This document shows positions 61,336-64,000 of a DNA stretch of 64,000 nucleotides, piece after piece. Origin of the DNA: Dehalococcoidia bacterium (GTDB lineage Bacteria > Chloroflexota > Dehalococcoidia > Plut-88900); contig OZ240215.1 in the NCBI GenBank assembly GCA_965197585.1, positions 1 through 64,000 of the forward strand, written 5' to 3'. Within the stretch, counting starts at the first letter, position 1. Each line of letters starts with the position of its first letter. The notes under the pieces are model-generated. The model made no database searches. It saw only the letters and a program-made list of their open reading frames with translations, and was not told the origin of the DNA. A program made the translations under genes and the position numbers.

Positions 61336-61454
61336 TGAACGGCTCCTCCTTAGCGCTCCTGAGGACACCCTTGGTTCATCTCCAAGCTTCTCCCAGCGGC
61401 ATTGAGGACACCCCGTTGCAACGGCCCCCAGAGGATGACTGGGGGCCGTTTTTT
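61336..61454 (+). ncRNA. Candidate small RNA (about 120 nt)
   Basis: Bounded by the promoter at 61301 and a strong terminator; contains CTCCTCCTT and two copies of TGAGGACACCC. Confidence 0.45.
61420..61454 (+). terminator. Intrinsic terminator
   Basis: AACGGCCCCCAG-AGGATGA-CTGGGGGCCGTT followed by TTTT. Confidence 0.85.
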
Positions 61455-61536
61455 GCACCTTGTATCACCTGTGGCTTGAAGAGGAGGGGAGTAGACGTAG
61501 GTAGATGTTTCAGTCAGTTTGGTTGGCAAATGGTTG

Positions 61537-62109
61537 TTAAGATGGGTCCCATTCCTCTACCTCTGAGTCGGAAAAGGCTTTGAAGAAAACTACTCTTTTG
61601 CCTCTCACGGTCTGTGTTGCAGAACGCCAATCCACCTCGATGTCAGGTCGCTGCCCGTCTCCCATTGATCTCTGCACATTCACACCCGATATGCGATCCT
61701 TCCAAGAGTTGCCGCTGTGGCAAAAGCCCACTCTCCCCGACCACCTACCAAGTTCGGCATAAGACCACATATTGCCGTCATAGAGAAAGCCGAGAACACT
61801 GGTTTGATATCCTCTTTGGTTCTTTATGTTCCTTGGAGATTCAGGAATCAAGAGAACCTCAAATGAGGAGTCTCTCACCGCATCTTCATATTTCGTTAAC
61901 TCAGAGAAATCCTGAACCTCTTCCCATTGCAATGACCCTTTACACTCAACGTAGACAGAGGTCTCCCCTTTCAGAAGAAAGTCTGGCAGCCATCCTCCCA
62001 AGGGATGTCTCGGTCTTTCCCATCTCCACCCATATCTTTCAAAAAGGGCCGAGCAGGTAGCTTCATGTTCACTGTCGAACTCATTGTTGTTGAAAGTCGT
62101 TTTTGGCAT
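61537..62109 (-). CDS. Hypothetical PD-(D/E)XK-type nuclease
   Basis: F.SEHEA..ALF...GW.W, WLPDFLL, VYVECKG (PD...ExK); visibly more AT-rich than flanking catabolic genes. Confidence 0.65.
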   Translation of the reverse strand: MPKTTFNNNEFDSEHEATCSALFERYGWRWERPRHPLGGWLPDFLLKGETSVYVECKGSLQWEEVQDFSELTKYEDAVRDSSFEVLLIPESPRNIKNQRGYQTSVLGFLYDGNMWSYAELGRWSGRVGFCHSGNSWKDRISGVNVQRSMGDGQRPDIEVDWRSATQTVRGKRVVFFKAFSDSEVEEWDPS

Positions 62110-62211
62110 AACTGTCCTCGTTTACTTCTCTCTATCCGGACCCAAGCTCTTGTACGGTTGCTTGTTCCAACTAAATAGCGTACTGAAAGACTGTACCATA
62201 AGCTTTGAGAT

Positions 62212-62299
62212 TGGTGCCCAACTCCACCCTCCAAACCGGGACAGGGTTTCCCCCATCGGCTTTTGAGACCACCGTCTCTGCCTATTCCCCCACTTCGGC
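62212..62299 (-). pseudogene. Decayed full-length copy of tRNA-Leu(CAA)
   Basis: Aligns end to end with 62614-62700 (GCCGAAGTGG.GGAATAGGCAGA..CGGTGGTCTCAAAA...TGGGGGAAACCCTGTCCCGGTT...GGCACCA); D stem, anticodon stem, T arm and acceptor pairing disrupted. Confidence 0.85.
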
Positions 62300-62300
62300 C

Positions 62301-62591
62301 CTAACTCTCCGTTGCGCGGGCTAAGAAGTTGGAGGCGCGGCGGGCGCGGGCGAAGTCCTCGTCCGTCCATTCCCAAGTATCGGGGTCCCTGGCGATGCCG
62401 GAGTTGATTGCAGTCTCCTCACCGTACTCGGCCTCAATCTGGGCAAAGGTCATATCGCTAGCGACGATTTCCTGGAAGGAGAGCTTGGGCTTGTTCGGGT
62501 CTCCGAATTCGGCGGCGCCCCGCTCGCCCATGACCTGCGCGTATTCCTCAAAGGGAAGGCTGTCTATATCGGCCTCTTCGTAATGGTTCAT
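62301..62591 (-). CDS. Small acidic hypothetical protein (96 aa) with a BrnA-antitoxin-like segment
   Basis: Start moved to MNHYEE because the ORF track reads through the tRNAs; DPDTWEWTDEDFARARRA resembles the DPD..E.T.E.FARA segment of BrnA-type antitoxins. Confidence 0.5.
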   Translation of the reverse strand: MNHYEEADIDSLPFEEYAQVMGERGAAEFGDPNKPKLSFQEIVASDMTFAQIEAEYGEETAINSGIARDPDTWEWTDEDFARARRASNFLARATES

Positions 62592-62613
62592 AGTTGGTCC
62601 CAAAAGGATACGC

Positions 62614-62700
62614 TGGTGCCGAAGCCCGGACTCGAACCGGGACAGGGTTTCCCCCAGTGGTTTTTGAGACCACCGCGTCTGCCTATTCCGCCACTTCGGC
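62614..62700 (-). tRNA. tRNA-Leu (anticodon CAA)
   Basis: GCCGAAG/CTTCGGC acceptor, anticodon loop CT-CAA-AA, long variable arm, GGTTCGAGTCC T arm, encoded CCA. Confidence 0.97.
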
Positions 62701-62727
62701 CCTGGATCGCTCGGTGGGGGTGGGTAG

Positions 62728-62803
<76 letters not shown>

Positions 62804-62814
62804 GTCAGCGATAT

Positions 62815-62842
62815 ATGTTAACACACCCCTTTTCACCGTCAA
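62815..62842 (-). promoter_or_regulatory. Promoter of the tRNA-Phe/tRNA-Leu operon
   Basis: Minus strand TTGACG-16 bp-TAACAT with extended -10 TG, just upstream of tRNA-Phe. Confidence 0.65.
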
Positions 62843-62873
62843 TCGAGCCCAATCCTAATGTGACACGAACCCC

Positions 62874-62903
62874 TTGACTCACGCAAAACATATGTACTAT
62901 ATT
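62874..62903 (+). promoter_or_regulatory. Divergent promoter overlapped by a putative LexA (SOS) box
   Basis: TTGACT...TACTAT/TATATT with AAAAC-ATAT-GTACT (62885-62898) resembling the Gram-positive/Chloroflexota GAAC-N4-GTTC box. Confidence 0.45.
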
Positions 62904-63006
62904 ACCCCCACAGGCCCCGACCTTGTACGTCGGCCCTAATCAAGGAAAGGTGGAACATCCGCCCAGCTGAAAGTCCGCCTTTGGCGGAGCGGAACCAAGG
63001 AGTCCC

Positions 63007-63924
63007 ATGAGTCGCACCAGCCTAATCAGGCCCCGTCGACCCCGAGCGGTATGCCGCCGCCCGGCCAACGGCACGCGCCTCCTCCCTAGTCCTCCGCACC
63101 TCAACACCCACTACAAGCGCTGCCCAAAGGCCCTACGCCTACGCCTTCGCAGCGATCAATCAACGTCCCTCCCGGTCTACGTGACCGGCTATGGAAGGTC
63201 CCCGGACAAAAACTGGCTTGCCCTCTCCAGGGGCCACTGCCAAGTGCGCGCCCCACTCACCCGGCGCATCCCTTTCGCCGCCTCAGGCGACGCCCCGGAG
63301 CACGGCGTCATAGTGCTCCCCTGGGCCATAGCGCCCTTCTCGGACTCCGCCGTCGCAGCCCTTGCCGGCGAGTCCGAACAGTCGGATGAGCGCCGACTCA
63401 AAACCAACGCACCATTTAAGGATTCCGCCGTCGCAGCCCTTGCCGGCCAGTCCGAACAGTCGGAAGAGCGCCGACTCAAAACCAACGCACCCTTTACGGA
63501 TTCCACCGTCGTCACCATCGGACAACTCCGGTCTACGAACGCCGGTCACGGGTCCACGCTCCCATCCCTCAGGGTGGTCGAGCACTTCCGGTGGTTCAGG
63601 CTGCCCCACACCGAGATTTCCTCGCGTCTCCTCCACGTCCTCTCAGAAGCACGGGGCTGTCGCAGAGCCGTCGCCGATGTGGAACATCCGCCTCGGAGGA
63701 TAGAACATCCGCTGTGGCGGACAATATGCATCCGTACAGGCGTCGACGCCTTCCTGCGCAACCGTCCGGGACCTTCCATCCCCTCCCACATGCCCCCACC
63801 ACCCTCCCCCTCTTCACCGGCTCACGCTGCTGAGAGTCCGCCTCAGGTGGGAGCAGCGTCGAAGGATCGAGCGCATCGAAGCGCGCACAAAACCCCCCCA
63901 CCCGCGAAAGGGACCGCCTATTAG
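63007..63924 (+). CDS. Hypothetical protein with 26-aa tandem repeats
   Basis: 305-aa ORF with AAGGAG RBS and in-frame 78-bp repeats; no family motif recognised. Confidence 0.4.
   Translation: MSRTSLIRPRRPRAVCRRPANGTRLLPSPPHLNTHYKRCPKALRLRLRSDQSTSLPVYVTGYGRSPDKNWLALSRGHCQVRAPLTRRIPFAASGDAPEHGVIVLPWAIAPFSDSAVAALAGESEQSDERRLKTNAPFKDSAVAALAGQSEQSEERRLKTNAPFTDSTVVTIGQLRSTNAGHGSTLPSLRVVEHFRWFRLPHTEISSRLLHVLSEARGCRRAVADVEHPPRRIEHPLWRTICIRTGVDAFLRNRPGPSIPSHMPPPPSPSSPAHAAESPPQVGAASKDRAHRSAHKTPPPAKGTAY
63331..63511 (+). repeat. 78-bp tandem repeat, about 2.3 copies
   Basis: Units start at 63331, 63409 and 63487 (partial); core TCCGCCGTCGCAGCCCTTGCCGGC.AGTCCGAACAGTCGGA.GAGCGCCGACTCAAAACCAAC. Confidence 0.92.
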
Positions 63925-64000
63925 CCCACGCCTCCCTAAAGTCCCATCCCTTCCCCATCACCTGCGCCGCCATCCCAAGGATATGGCGGAAAATTTTCCC

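Noticed and set aside
63331-63511. 78-bp repeats as a CRISPR array
   Set aside because: Units are contiguous near-identical tandem copies with no unique spacers, length is a multiple of 3 within an ORF, and no cas genes are present

Overview
A GC-rich bacterial chromosomal window. By inference from gene content it is probably Chloroflexota (Dehalococcoidia/SAR202-like): an 11-subunit complex I, paralogous flavin monooxygenases, amidohydrolase and CoA-transferase families, and a Pro/Thr-stalk lipoprotein. 1-20.8 kb is housekeeping: the 3' part of rpoC, pyrD, pdxST, a Ycf45-like AAA/R3H protein, tmk, nuoABCDHIJKLMN without nuoEFG, and a methylmalonate-semialdehyde dehydrogenase. 20.9-61.1 kb is an accessory catabolic region bracketed by two paralogous hicAB loci. 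It holds tandem Baeyer-Villiger monooxygenases, an ABC-2 exporter preceded by an unannotated Cys-rich cationic peptide, tcuA, folD, ggt, a Rieske oxygenase, an amidase, a PotD-like lipoprotein and a dimethylformamidase-large-subunit homolog. Its centrepiece is a complete N-methylglutamate methylamine pathway cluster (mgsABC-gmaS-soxDAG-X-soxB) in which X is an ectoine-hydrolase/creatinase-like M24 hydrolase translationally coupled to soxB. 61.1-64 kb is a tRNA-linked variable islet: a promoter- and terminator-bounded candidate sRNA, a PD-(D/E)XK nuclease-like gene, a decayed full-length copy of tRNA-Leu, intact tRNA-Leu(CAA) and tRNA-Phe(GAA), and a possibly LexA-controlled ORF with 78-bp tandem repeats. 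No CRISPR array, rRNA, integrase or transposase was seen. All calls come from motif recognition by eye; no database searches were run.
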